Positions 40,356 to 49,672 of a DNA stretch of 64,000 nt are shown here, piece after piece. Below the pieces are notes generated by a model, which saw nothing but the letters and a program-made list of their open reading frames with translations, did no database searches and was not told the DNA's origin. The translations under genes and the position numbers were made by a program. How positions within the stretch are numbered: position 1 is the first letter of the stretch; each line of letters opens with the position of its first letter. Origin of the DNA: Candidatus Heimdallarchaeum endolithica. GTDB lineage: Archaea > Asgardarchaeota > Heimdallarchaeia > Heimdallarchaeales > Heimdallarchaeaceae. The stretch lies in NCBI GenBank assembly GCA_021513715.1, contig CP084167.1, positions 832,001 to 896,000 on the forward strand, written 5' to 3'.

Positions 40356-41318
40356 CTATTTATTTCTATATCCATACTCAATTACGCATTTTTCAGGGTC
40401 TAAGTTTAAAACACTTAAAGTAAATTTTTCAATTACATCATAATTTGAATCATCTTTATCTGTAAGATCAGTAATAATATCCAATACTCTTCTTGCTTCT
40501 TCATGACTTTCGTCAGCCTTTATAACCAATCCTAAAATATGAGATCTTGAAGAACGAAGAATAAACTTATGTTTTTTTGACATTATAAATTGAATAGTAT
40601 TGCTTTCATTGAAAGTTTTTTTGGCAAAACTTTGTATTGCTGAAAGAAAACCTGAATAAAGAGATATCCTATCTGAAAGTTTCTTCTTCGAGATACTTAA
40701 AATAGGCAATCCATCCCTGTCTGCAAGTAGAAAAGACTCAGGAGTTACTTTTCTTTTTTGGACAAGTTTAGACAACTGATTTTGTAACCAATATAGGACA
40801 GAGTCAAAATTTTCTCCTGTTTGCATACTAGTTTTAAAAAATTGAAAAGATGCATTAGGAATTGTAGCGAGGTTGTATATTTCTACTATGTTAATTATTT
40901 CCTCCAGATTCATACTATTTTCTAAATCTGCCTTATTACACAAAAATAGAATTAAAAATTCATCTCCTTTATCTTTTAACTTAATTGATTTCCAAAATTC
41001 TTTTTTTGCTTCAAGCAGTGATTGTCTATCTGATGAATCAATAATAAAAATTATCCCATAAGCCAACTTAATATAATTTTCCCAGATAGTTTTCCTAAAA
41101 ACTTCTTGCCCTCCTAAATCAAAAATATTTACTTTTAGATCAAATAGTTTGTATTGTTCTAATTGAACTCCCATAGTGGGTTTAGGACTTGTAAATTTCC
41201 CAGTGAGAACTCTGTTAACGAAGGTTGTTTTTCCAGCATTAGGTAAACCTAAAATTACTAGAGGAATGCCTTTTTTCTCAAAAGAAAGTAGTTTTTCAGA
41301 TATTTTCTTCTTATTCAA
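40356..41318 (-). CDS. Arf-like small GTPase fused to a C-terminal longin/roadblock-like domain
   Basis: G1 GLPNAGKT, G2 PT, G3 DLGGQ, G4 NKAD, G5 TSM; C-terminus FLLADRDGLPILS...LYSGFLSAIQSFAK. Confidence 0.9.
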   Translation of the reverse strand: MNKKKISEKLLSFEKKGIPLVILGLPNAGKTTFVNRVLTGKFTSPKPTMGVQLEQYKLFDLKVNIFDLGGQEVFRKTIWENYIKLAYGIIFIIDSSDRQSLLEAKKEFWKSIKLKDKGDEFLILFLCNKADLENSMNLEEIINIVEIYNLATIPNASFQFFKTSMQTGENFDSVLYWLQNQLSKLVQKRKVTPESFLLADRDGLPILSISKKKLSDRISLYSGFLSAIQSFAKKTFNESNTIQFIMSKKHKFILRSSRSHILGLVIKADESHEEARRVLDIITDLTDKDDSNYDVIEKFTLSVLNLDPEKCVIEYGYRNK

Positions 41319-41500
41319 TTTCGTTTAAACATGTTAGAATTAATTAATAAATATATTGATATTAATAATGATATAAGATAATTCTAAACAAAAAGACGGA
41401 ACATAACAAAAAATTTAGGATTGTGTTTACAAGAAACTAATGATTACAGCATATCTTTTTTATATTCAAAGAATATTTTGAAGCTAGGTAGGTGAAATAA

Positions 41501-42445
41501 TTGACAAAAAGGATTTTAGTAACGGGTAGTTATGGACAAATAGGTCAAGTTCTTGTCCCTGCTCTAATGGACAGATATGGAAAAGAAAATATTATTGCTA
41601 CAGGAAGAAAAAAGATTCCTTCAGTTTTTAAAGAAAAAGACGTTCATTATCATCGATTAGACGTCAGAGACTTAACACAAATGCAAACTCTTCTAGTCGA
41701 ACATGATATCGATATTTTAATTCATAATGCATCTGTTCTTTCTGCCACTGGAGAAAAAAATCCTCAACTTGCACATTCAATTAATTTTGAAGGCTTTTAT
41801 AACGCTTTAGAAGCCACAAGAATGTTAAATTTAGAACAACTATTTGCTCCAAGTTCTATTGCAGCATTTGGTCCATCTACACCTAGAGAAAACACACCCA
41901 ATGATGTTATCACTCGACCAACAACAATATATGGAATAAGTAAAGTCTATATTGAGCTAATGGGAGAGTATTATCATCAAAAATATGGATTAGATTTTAG
42001 ATCTCTTCGTTACCCTGGAGTAATTTCTCCTGAAGAACCTGGAGGTGGAACAACAGATTGGGCAATTTGGATTTTCTGGGAGGCTTTACGCAATAAGAAA
42101 TACACTTGCTTCTTGAAAGAAGATACATCTCTTCCAATGATGTATATGCCAGACTGTATTAAATCAACAATTGATCTTATAGAAGCAGATAATTCGAAAC
42201 TGGAACACCGTTCATTTAATGTTACAGCATTTAGTTTAGCGCCTAAAGATTTAGTTGGGCCTATAAAAGAAGCTATTCCAGAGTTTGAGATTGCTTATGA
42301 GCCTGATTTCAGACAACAAATTGCAGAATCTTGGCCAGCTTCAATTGATGATAGTGTAGCTAGAAAAGAGTGGGGATGGAAACCAGACTACGATATTCCT
42401 GCAATGACAAAAGATATGTTAGAAAAAATTTCTAAAATGATTTAA
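41501..42445 (+). CDS. tdh: L-threonine 3-dehydrogenase (extended SDR / epimerase family)
   Basis: Motifs TGSYGQIG, LSATGE.NP, PSSIAAFG, YGISK, PGGGTTD and LPMMYMPD. Confidence 0.85.
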   Translation: MTKRILVTGSYGQIGQVLVPALMDRYGKENIIATGRKKIPSVFKEKDVHYHRLDVRDLTQMQTLLVEHDIDILIHNASVLSATGEKNPQLAHSINFEGFYNALEATRMLNLEQLFAPSSIAAFGPSTPRENTPNDVITRPTTIYGISKVYIELMGEYYHQKYGLDFRSLRYPGVISPEEPGGGTTDWAIWIFWEALRNKKYTCFLKEDTSLPMMYMPDCIKSTIDLIEADNSKLEHRSFNVTAFSLAPKDLVGPIKEAIPEFEIAYEPDFRQQIAESWPASIDDSVARKEWGWKPDYDIPAMTKDMLEKISKMI

Positions 42446-42585
42446 TTTTTTGCAATAACATGTAAAACTCCACATTAAATTTTTTTCCATTTTTTATAGT
42501 TTAGGACTTTTTTCACCAACTATTTACTTGAAAAATCTCTTCTTTAAGAAAAATTAAAAAGGAGAAAACAAATGAACGGAATGGA

Positions 42586-44022
42586 ATGAAAATAATGAAA
42601 GAAGGATTAACTTTTGATGATGTTCTTCTTATTCCTAAACGCTCTTCTGTCCGTTCTAGACGAGAAATAGATACATCAACACAATTGTCTAGGAATATCA
42701 AGTTGAATATCCCAATAGTTAGTGCAAATATGGATACAGTTACAGAGAGTGCAATGGCTATTGTAATGGCACAACAAGGAGGAATAGGAATTATTCATAG
42801 GTTCATGCCTATTGTTGAACAAGTAAATGAAGTTAACAAAGTCAAACGAGCTGAAATGATAAGAATAGACAATCCTTATTGTTTAAAACCTGAAACCTCA
42901 TTACAAGAAGCAAAGGAGTTCATGAAGGAAAAAGGTATTTCAGGGTTGCTTATTACAGATAATAATAACATTTTACAGGGAATTCTTACTTCTCGAGATA
43001 TTAAATTTACTGAAAATGAAAATGTTTTAGTTAAAGAACTAATGTCTAAAGATCTAATTACAGCTAAACCAGATATTTCAATAGAAGAAGCAAAAAACAT
43101 TCTAAAGAAGAATAGAATTGAAAAGCTTCCTCTTGTTGATGAAAAAGGAGTAGTAAGAGGTTTAATAACAGCTACAGATATCATTAAAGCTAAAATATTA
43201 CCAAAAGCAAGCAAAGACTCTAAAGGAAGATTAAGAGTAGGTGCAGCTATAGGAGTGGTAGGTGATTACTTAGAAAGAGCAGAAGCTCTTTACAATGCTG
43301 GAGCTGATGTTCTGGTTTTAGATATTGCACATGGTCACTCTGATTTAGCAATAAATGCAATCAAAAAAATTAGGAAAAATCTTGGAGATATAGAACTAAT
43401 CGCGGGAAATGTTGCTACAGCAGAAGGAGCGAAGGACCTAATTGAAGCAGGGAGTGATGGAATTAAAACTGGAGTTGGTCCTGGTTCAATCTGTATCACA
43501 AGAGTAGTTGCTGGAGCTGGTGTCCCACAACTTACTGCTATTATGGAAACATCTAAAGTTGCTAAAGAGTTTGGTGTACCTGTTATTGCAGATGGGGGGA
43601 TAAGAACTTCAGGAGATATAACTAAAGCTATAGCAGCAGGGGCACAAACAGTTATGATTGGAAGCTTACTTGCAGGAACAGAAGAGAGTCCAGGAGCTGC
43701 TATTCTAAGACAAGGTAGGCGATACAAAGTAGTTAGGGGTATGGCATCTCTTGGAGCTACTTTAGGGAGAGAAGCAAAAGAGAAGAAAGGAAGTTTTGAT
43801 GAATTTGATTTAGGTTCTGTTGTCCCTGAAGGAGTAGAAGCAATGGTCCCATATCGTGGCTCAGCTGTAGATGTGTTGAATCAATTAGTTGGTGGATTTA
43901 GAAGTGGAGTAAGTTATTGTGGAGCTACCTCAATTCAGGAAATGCAAGAGAAAGCTGAATTCATAAAAATAACTTCTGCAGGAAGAAAAGAATCAACATC
44001 TCATGATGTAGAATTAATATAA
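42586..44022 (+). CDS. guaB: IMP dehydrogenase (with CBS pair)
   Basis: Motifs [40 protein letters not shown] and VPEGVE. Confidence 0.95.
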   Translation: MKIMKEGLTFDDVLLIPKRSSVRSRREIDTSTQLSRNIKLNIPIVSANMDTVTESAMAIVMAQQGGIGIIHRFMPIVEQVNEVNKVKRAEMIRIDNPYCLKPETSLQEAKEFMKEKGISGLLITDNNNILQGILTSRDIKFTENENVLVKELMSKDLITAKPDISIEEAKNILKKNRIEKLPLVDEKGVVRGLITATDIIKAKILPKASKDSKGRLRVGAAIGVVGDYLERAEALYNAGADVLVLDIAHGHSDLAINAIKKIRKNLGDIELIAGNVATAEGAKDLIEAGSDGIKTGVGPGSICITRVVAGAGVPQLTAIMETSKVAKEFGVPVIADGGIRTSGDITKAIAAGAQTVMIGSLLAGTEESPGAAILRQGRRYKVVRGMASLGATLGREAKEKKGSFDEFDLGSVVPEGVEAMVPYRGSAVDVLNQLVGGFRSGVSYCGATSIQEMQEKAEFIKITSAGRKESTSHDVELI

Positions 44023-44103
44023 AATTGAAATTTTTTAAACACTGTTTTAATATTTTTTTTAAAAAAATATTTATAAAGATTTATTTTACGATAGTCTTAA
44101 CTA

Positions 44104-45543
44104 ATGAATAGTGTTGATGGGGTAAGTCTGGTAATTGGTGATATTTGTAAAAAGAATATTCGTTTTTTATTAGAAAAAAGGAATAATTCTCTTTTACCTT
44201 ATAGCCCACATTGCTTCTCAACAATTCTAGCTGACTTTACAGACAAAGATAAGCAATTATTTGAAAAAGTAAAGAAAAGATATGGGTTAATTACTATCGA
44301 TATGTTGTATCGATTAGTAGGATTAAGGATTCTGATTGAAAAAAGGCTCATTAGCATCCATAGGAAAGGAGAAGAAGAAATAGATGATACTTATAAAAGG
44401 ATACAAAAAATAGATCAATTCCAATTATGTTTATTTCTTCATTCAATGCATGAGTGTGGAGAATATTCATTTTTTTCTGAAAAAAGAAATAAAAGAACAA
44501 TAATTAAACAATATTTCTTTACTCCTCCTTATTCTGTAAAAATAAGAAAAAGAAACACTAGATGGTTTAATTTTAGTAAAATAGCTAAAAAGATAGAAAA
44601 TCCAAAAATTTGTTTTAACCCCCTTTCAAACCTTTTTCTTGAAACTTTCTTCAACAGAAAAAAAAATTTATTTGAAACTATCAAGTGTTTGGAAAATAAA
44701 GAAGAAAATGCAAAAATTAATTCAGATTTATGGCTTTTTAAGCATAAATCACCCATCATTCCTCCAGGCAACTATATTAACACTTTTGTGATTGGTAATC
44801 AACATAAGTACATTATTGATCCTGCTGCAGATAGCAAAAAAGAAATGATTAAATCTGGTTTTCTAGATTTTCTAGAAAAAAACATTAACGAAATAGATGG
44901 TATATTACTTACACATTCACATATAGATCATTGTAACCAGATAGACTTTATTAACCAAAGATATAGCATTCCTGTTTTTAGTTCAATGAAAACAGCCATT
45001 AAATTATCAGAGAATACAAACTTTAAAATTGATGGTTATTTAGAAGATGATCAACTTATCTATTTAGGAGATTTTCCTTTTTCAGAAAAAAAATGGAAAC
45101 TAAAAGTTATCAATCTTAATGGGCATACAAAAGGGTCTATCGGCTTTTTAGACACCAATCGCAGATATTTATTTAGTGGAGATTTTATTTTTGAGGATAG
45201 ACAAACTCTAGTAGATCCTTACTATGGTTCTTTAGAAGATTTAAGAAAAAACATCAAAAAATTACTTAAACTGAATATCACTTTTATTCATCCTGCACAT
45301 GGAGATATATTTAAGTTTAACAAATTATGGGCTAAAAAAAATCTTTTACTCCTGGATAATCAAGAAGAGAAAATAAAAGAAGGTTTGAGAAATGGTTATT
45401 CCTCAATTGCTGAAATAACAAAATATGTTTTTTCTGATAATTTCGATCATGCTGGAAAATTACTCACTCTTGCACATATTCAATATCTTGAAGAAAAAAA
45501 CATTGTTAATAAAAGAGGAGAAGACTATTTTTTAAATAAGTAA
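44104..45543 (+). CDS. Metallo-beta-lactamase-fold hydrolase (LACTB2-like) with long N-terminal extension
   Basis: Motifs THSHIDH, GHT, FSGD and PAHG; C-terminal wHTH-like segment LAHIQYLEE. Confidence 0.8.
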   Translation: MNSVDGVSLVIGDICKKNIRFLLEKRNNSLLPYSPHCFSTILADFTDKDKQLFEKVKKRYGLITIDMLYRLVGLRILIEKRLISIHRKGEEEIDDTYKRIQKIDQFQLCLFLHSMHECGEYSFFSEKRNKRTIIKQYFFTPPYSVKIRKRNTRWFNFSKIAKKIENPKICFNPLSNLFLETFFNRKKNLFETIKCLENKEENAKINSDLWLFKHKSPIIPPGNYINTFVIGNQHKYIIDPAADSKKEMIKSGFLDFLEKNINEIDGILLTHSHIDHCNQIDFINQRYSIPVFSSMKTAIKLSENTNFKIDGYLEDDQLIYLGDFPFSEKKWKLKVINLNGHTKGSIGFLDTNRRYLFSGDFIFEDRQTLVDPYYGSLEDLRKNIKKLLKLNITFIHPAHGDIFKFNKLWAKKNLLLLDNQEEKIKEGLRNGYSSIAEITKYVFSDNFDHAGKLLTLAHIQYLEEKNIVNKRGEDYFLNK

Positions 45544-45599
45544 TTTTATTCATATATTTTAAGGATTAAGTTTTTAAAATATTTTTTTAACGTAAAAAT

Positions 45600-47042
45600 A
45601 TGACTGTTAATGTTCTCACAGATAAATGTGAAATTTCCAAATGTAATACTGAGTGTATAGAAGTTTGTCCTCAGAACAAAAAAGACATTACAGCTATTAA
45701 GATTGAACAGAATAAAGCTAGGATAATTCACAAAAATTGTATTGAATGTCTGTTATGTATTCAATATTGTCCTCTTAAAGCAATAGAAATTCAGAAAACT
45801 AAAGAAAAAGAAGTAAAAAATAAAAGAAGAAAAAAAAACAAAGAGAAGTCAAAATATTCTCTTTTCGAAATTGATGAAAAGATATTTCAACCTATGAGTG
45901 AAAAAAGAACTATTTTTGCTAGAGTTATGTGGGATGATACTTTTGAAGGTTATCAGAAGGGTATATTTGAAGGTGCAAAAAACAAAATACCTCTAAATTT
46001 AGATGGATATTCTGAGATCGAACATGCTGCTATTTCTGGTGCATGGGCAGTTGATGGTATAATTGGAATGTTTGAAAGAGAGCAATTAGCAAAAATGAAC
46101 GAAGAACCAAAGAACGTTGGTGACAGTAGAGGAGTTGAAAAAAAGAAAGATTTACTTAATCCTGAACAAAGTGCTAAAACAAAACGAACTTTAGAAAATA
46201 ACCCTTCAGAGTTAACTTCTTGGGTAAAAAAAGTAGCCATGTTTTATGGAGCAGATCTAGTAGGAATCACACCAATCGATCTCAAATGGATTTACACTGA
46301 AGATAGACAAGGAAATCCTTTGAACCTTCCTGAAGGATTAACAAATGTAATTGTTTTTGCTGTAGAAATGGATATTGATGCAATTAACACAGCTCCGAAA
46401 TATCCTAGCGGAATTGCCACTGGTCTAGGCTATTCTAAAATGGCTTTTATTCGCACTTTACTTACATTTTTTATTAGAAGAATGGGTTATAAAGCTATTC
46501 CTGCTGGGAATAATATTGCTCTTTCAGTCCCACTTGCTGTAGAAGCTGGACTTGGAGGATATGGAAGGCATGGATTACTTATTACAAAAAAATTTGGTCC
46601 AAGAGTAAGAATAGCAAAAGTATTAACTGATATGCCTTTAATTCCAGACAAACCAGATTATAAATTTGTAAAAGCAGTTGAACGTTTTTGTAAAACATGT
46701 AAAACTTGCGCTAAAAAATGTCCAAGTAACTCAATTCCTTTTGATAAAGAACCAAGTTTTGACATTCAAAGTAAAGTAAGTAACAATCCAGGAATTAAAA
46801 AGTGGTATGTAAATGTTGAAACTTGCTATATGTTTTGGACAGAAAATGGATGTGATTGCAGCAGATGTATATCTGATTGTGAATATAATCATGTATATAC
46901 TCTTCCCCATAAAATTGTTAATTGGATTGTAATGAATCTTCCCTTTCTCAATCCTATTTGGCCATTAATGGGAAAACTACTTGGCTATGGAGGAAACAAA
47001 TCAGCAAAGAAGTTCTGGAAGAAAATAAAAGTTTCACCCTAA
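45600..47042 (+). CDS. rdhA: Reductive dehalogenase-like (RdhA/QueG superfamily) protein with extra N-terminal Fe-S domain
   Basis: Motifs VKKVAMFYGADLVGI, AVEAGLG.YGRHGLLIT..FGPRVR and VLTDMPL.PDKP; Fe-S motifs FCKTCKTCAKKCP and C...W....CSRCISDC. Confidence 0.8.
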   Translation: MTVNVLTDKCEISKCNTECIEVCPQNKKDITAIKIEQNKARIIHKNCIECLLCIQYCPLKAIEIQKTKEKEVKNKRRKKNKEKSKYSLFEIDEKIFQPMSEKRTIFARVMWDDTFEGYQKGIFEGAKNKIPLNLDGYSEIEHAAISGAWAVDGIIGMFEREQLAKMNEEPKNVGDSRGVEKKKDLLNPEQSAKTKRTLENNPSELTSWVKKVAMFYGADLVGITPIDLKWIYTEDRQGNPLNLPEGLTNVIVFAVEMDIDAINTAPKYPSGIATGLGYSKMAFIRTLLTFFIRRMGYKAIPAGNNIALSVPLAVEAGLGGYGRHGLLITKKFGPRVRIAKVLTDMPLIPDKPDYKFVKAVERFCKTCKTCAKKCPSNSIPFDKEPSFDIQSKVSNNPGIKKWYVNVETCYMFWTENGCDCSRCISDCEYNHVYTLPHKIVNWIVMNLPFLNPIWPLMGKLLGYGGNKSAKKFWKKIKVSP

Positions 47043-47108
47043 TTTCATCATCTTTTATCCTTTTTTTCTCTATATTGCTTCATCTTTCCTTATCTATTTT
47101 TTTATTTC

Positions 47109-47975
47109 CTATTTTTCAATGAAAGAATCAAGACTTATTTGTCCTTCATATTTATCTCTTAAAGGTTTGATTGGTGAAAAACCTTTTTTTTCAAATTCTT
47201 TAGTTAATTTTTTAGCTGTTGGTGGAGCAAATCCTGTCAAGTGATTATTTACATAAATAAAACATATATCCTTATCTTTATCTTTTGAAAAATAGTAAGA
47301 AACAAGTTCTGCTATATCTTTAAGGAAGTTAGATCTATCTAGGATCACTTTACCTTCCTCAATATTAACGTCCCAAGAACCTATTAGTCTCAAATAGAAG
47401 TAATTTACTTCAACTTGATCAATTATTTTAAACTTAATATAAGGAAGAAAAGAACTTACAATTCCTACTTTAAAACTATTCAACAATTCAAAGATATCGT
47501 TTGAAAACCAATTTTCATCTCTAAATTCAATTGTTAATTTAAACTGTTTCAATGGAAAGTTCTCTAGAAAGGTTTCCAAATTTTTTACTGTTTTTTTATC
47601 TTTCTTAAAACTAGGTGAGAACTGTAGAACTAGAGGACCTAAATTTTTCTCTAAAGGTTTTATTGCTTCAAGAAATTGATTAAGTTCTTCTTGAGTTTGA
47701 GAAACATTTTCTGCTTGGGAAATCGTTTTCGGTAATTTAGCAGTAATAATAAATCCTTCAGGCAAACTTTTAGCCCATCTTTGTACTGTTTCTTTACTAG
47801 GAATAGAATAATAAGTTGAATTAATTTCTACTGTAGGAAATTGTGTAACATAATATGAAAGAAGTTTATCTTGGGAAATTGAAGGAGGATAAAAACCACC
47901 TTTCTTAGACATCCAACTATTGTAGTTAAAACCTGTACATCCTACATAAATTTTCTTTGTTTCCATTATTTTCAA
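47109..47975 (-). CDS. DUF72-family protein
   Basis: Motifs YVGCTGFNY..W...FYP, TVEINSTYY, LQFSPSF, IEFR...W, YLRL.G and YVNNH. Confidence 0.92.
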   Translation of the reverse strand: MKIMETKKIYVGCTGFNYNSWMSKKGGFYPPSISQDKLLSYYVTQFPTVEINSTYYSIPSKETVQRWAKSLPEGFIITAKLPKTISQAENVSQTQEELNQFLEAIKPLEKNLGPLVLQFSPSFKKDKKTVKNLETFLENFPLKQFKLTIEFRDENWFSNDIFELLNSFKVGIVSSFLPYIKFKIIDQVEVNYFYLRLIGSWDVNIEEGKVILDRSNFLKDIAELVSYYFSKDKDKDICFIYVNNHLTGFAPPTAKKLTKEFEKKGFSPIKPLRDKYEGQISLDSFIEK

Positions 47976-48142
47976 TAGTAATTTAGACTTTTTTATTAAA
48001 ATACCTTTGTGAAGATTTTTATGTCAAAGGGTTTTTGAAAAATCGATGAACCTTTACTAGACTTTTTCTAATTAACCTCTACATTGTATTGCGGATGAAA
48101 CTACCAATATTGATTTAAAAAAGGACACTTATTGTAAATTGC

Positions 48143-48200
48143 CCTAGTACCCCAAGTAAAAACTAGGAAATAGGGGGTTTATGGTTTTCTCCCCCTATTT
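48143..48200. other. Two adjacent GC-rich hairpins in the divergent intergenic region
   Basis: CCTAGT/ACTAGG (48143-48167) and AAATAGGGGG/CCCCCTATTT (48168-48200). Confidence 0.6.
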
Positions 48201-48331
48201 ATCTTCTTCTTCAGAAATTAATTTATTATTGATTACCTATTTTTTTTGTCGAATATAAGTTTTCAGAGTATATACAAAAAAATTGATATAGAAAAGACCA
48301 TATCTTTGGTAGAATATTAGGAGGAATAGGT

Positions 48332-49645
48332 TTGACAGCATTAGATATTTTAAAAAAGCACATGCTTGTAGATGGTTATCCTATTGTGTTAGATTTACAA
48401 AAAAGCGAAGGTTGCCACATTTATGACAAAATTTCAGGAAAAAGATATCTTGATTTCTTTTCTTTCTTTGCATCTGCACCTTTAGGAATGAATCATCCTA
48501 AACTTACTACTAAGGAATTTAAAGATAAATTAGCTTATGTAGCAGTAAATAAACCGAGTAATAGCGATTTTTATACAGATGAACTTGCAGAGTTTGTAGA
48601 CACTTTGGAGAAAATAGGTATGCCAGACTTTTTACCAAATTTGTTTTTAATTAGTGGAGGAGCTCTCGCAGTTGAAAATGCACTTAAAGCAGCATTTGAT
48701 TGGAAGGTTAGGAAAAATTTCTCTAAAGGTATTAAAGAAGAAAAAGGACATCAAATTATTCATTTTAAAGAAGCTTTTCATGGAAGAACAGGATATACTC
48801 TATCATTGACTAATACTTTTGATCCTAGGAAATATATTTATTTTCCAAGATTCAATTGGCCTAGAGTTTTAAATCCTAAAATCACTTTTCCATTAGAAAA
48901 GAACATTGATGAAGTTAAACATGCAGAAGAACAGAGCCTTAGTGAAATAAGAGAAGCGATTTCTTCAAACAAGGATGATATTGCAGGAATTATAATTGAA
49001 CCTATACAAGGTGAAGGAGGAGATAATCATTTTAGACCAGAATTTTTCCATGAACTACGAAAAATTGCAGATGAAGAAGAAATTATTTTGATTTATGATG
49101 AAGTCCAAACAGGTGTAGGATTAACAGGAAAATTCTGGGCTTTTGAGCATTTTGGAGAAAAAGGAAAACCTGACATTATTAGTTTTGGTAAGAAAATGCA
49201 AGTCTGCGGAATAATGGCTTCTGACAGGATAAAAGAAGTAGAAAATAATGTTTTCGAAGAGTCAAGCCGCATCAATAGCACATGGGGTGGAAACTTAATA
49301 GATATTGTTAGAGCAACAAAGTACTTAGAAGTGATAAAAGAAGAAAATCTTGTTGAAAATGCTTCTAAACAAGGAGAATACATATTGAAATTACTAACAG
49401 AGATTCAAGAAAAATATCCTGATAAAATAAATAATGTTAGAGGAAAAGGTCTTATGATAGCTTTTGATTTACCAAATAGTGAAATTAGAGACAAACTTAA
49501 GAACATTGCATTTGATAAAGAATTAATAATCCTTCCATCTGGATCTAAATCTATTCGTTTCAGACCCCCACTTATCATTAACCAAGAGATTATTGATGAA
49601 GTATTTTCTATTCTAGAAGAATCAATAAAAGAAGTACAAATTTAA
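48332..49645 (+). CDS. lat: L-lysine 6-transaminase (class III aminotransferase)
   Basis: Motifs HMLVDG, YLDFFSFFASAPLGMNHP, NKPSNSDFY, GALAVENALK.AFDWK, FGKK and RINSTWGG. Confidence 0.92.
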   Translation: MTALDILKKHMLVDGYPIVLDLQKSEGCHIYDKISGKRYLDFFSFFASAPLGMNHPKLTTKEFKDKLAYVAVNKPSNSDFYTDELAEFVDTLEKIGMPDFLPNLFLISGGALAVENALKAAFDWKVRKNFSKGIKEEKGHQIIHFKEAFHGRTGYTLSLTNTFDPRKYIYFPRFNWPRVLNPKITFPLEKNIDEVKHAEEQSLSEIREAISSNKDDIAGIIIEPIQGEGGDNHFRPEFFHELRKIADEEEIILIYDEVQTGVGLTGKFWAFEHFGEKGKPDIISFGKKMQVCGIMASDRIKEVENNVFEESSRINSTWGGNLIDIVRATKYLEVIKEENLVENASKQGEYILKLLTEIQEKYPDKINNVRGKGLMIAFDLPNSEIRDKLKNIAFDKELIILPSGSKSIRFRPPLIINQEIIDEVFSILEESIKEVQI

Positions 49646-49672
49646 TTATTTCTTCTATTTTTTTTAGTCTAA

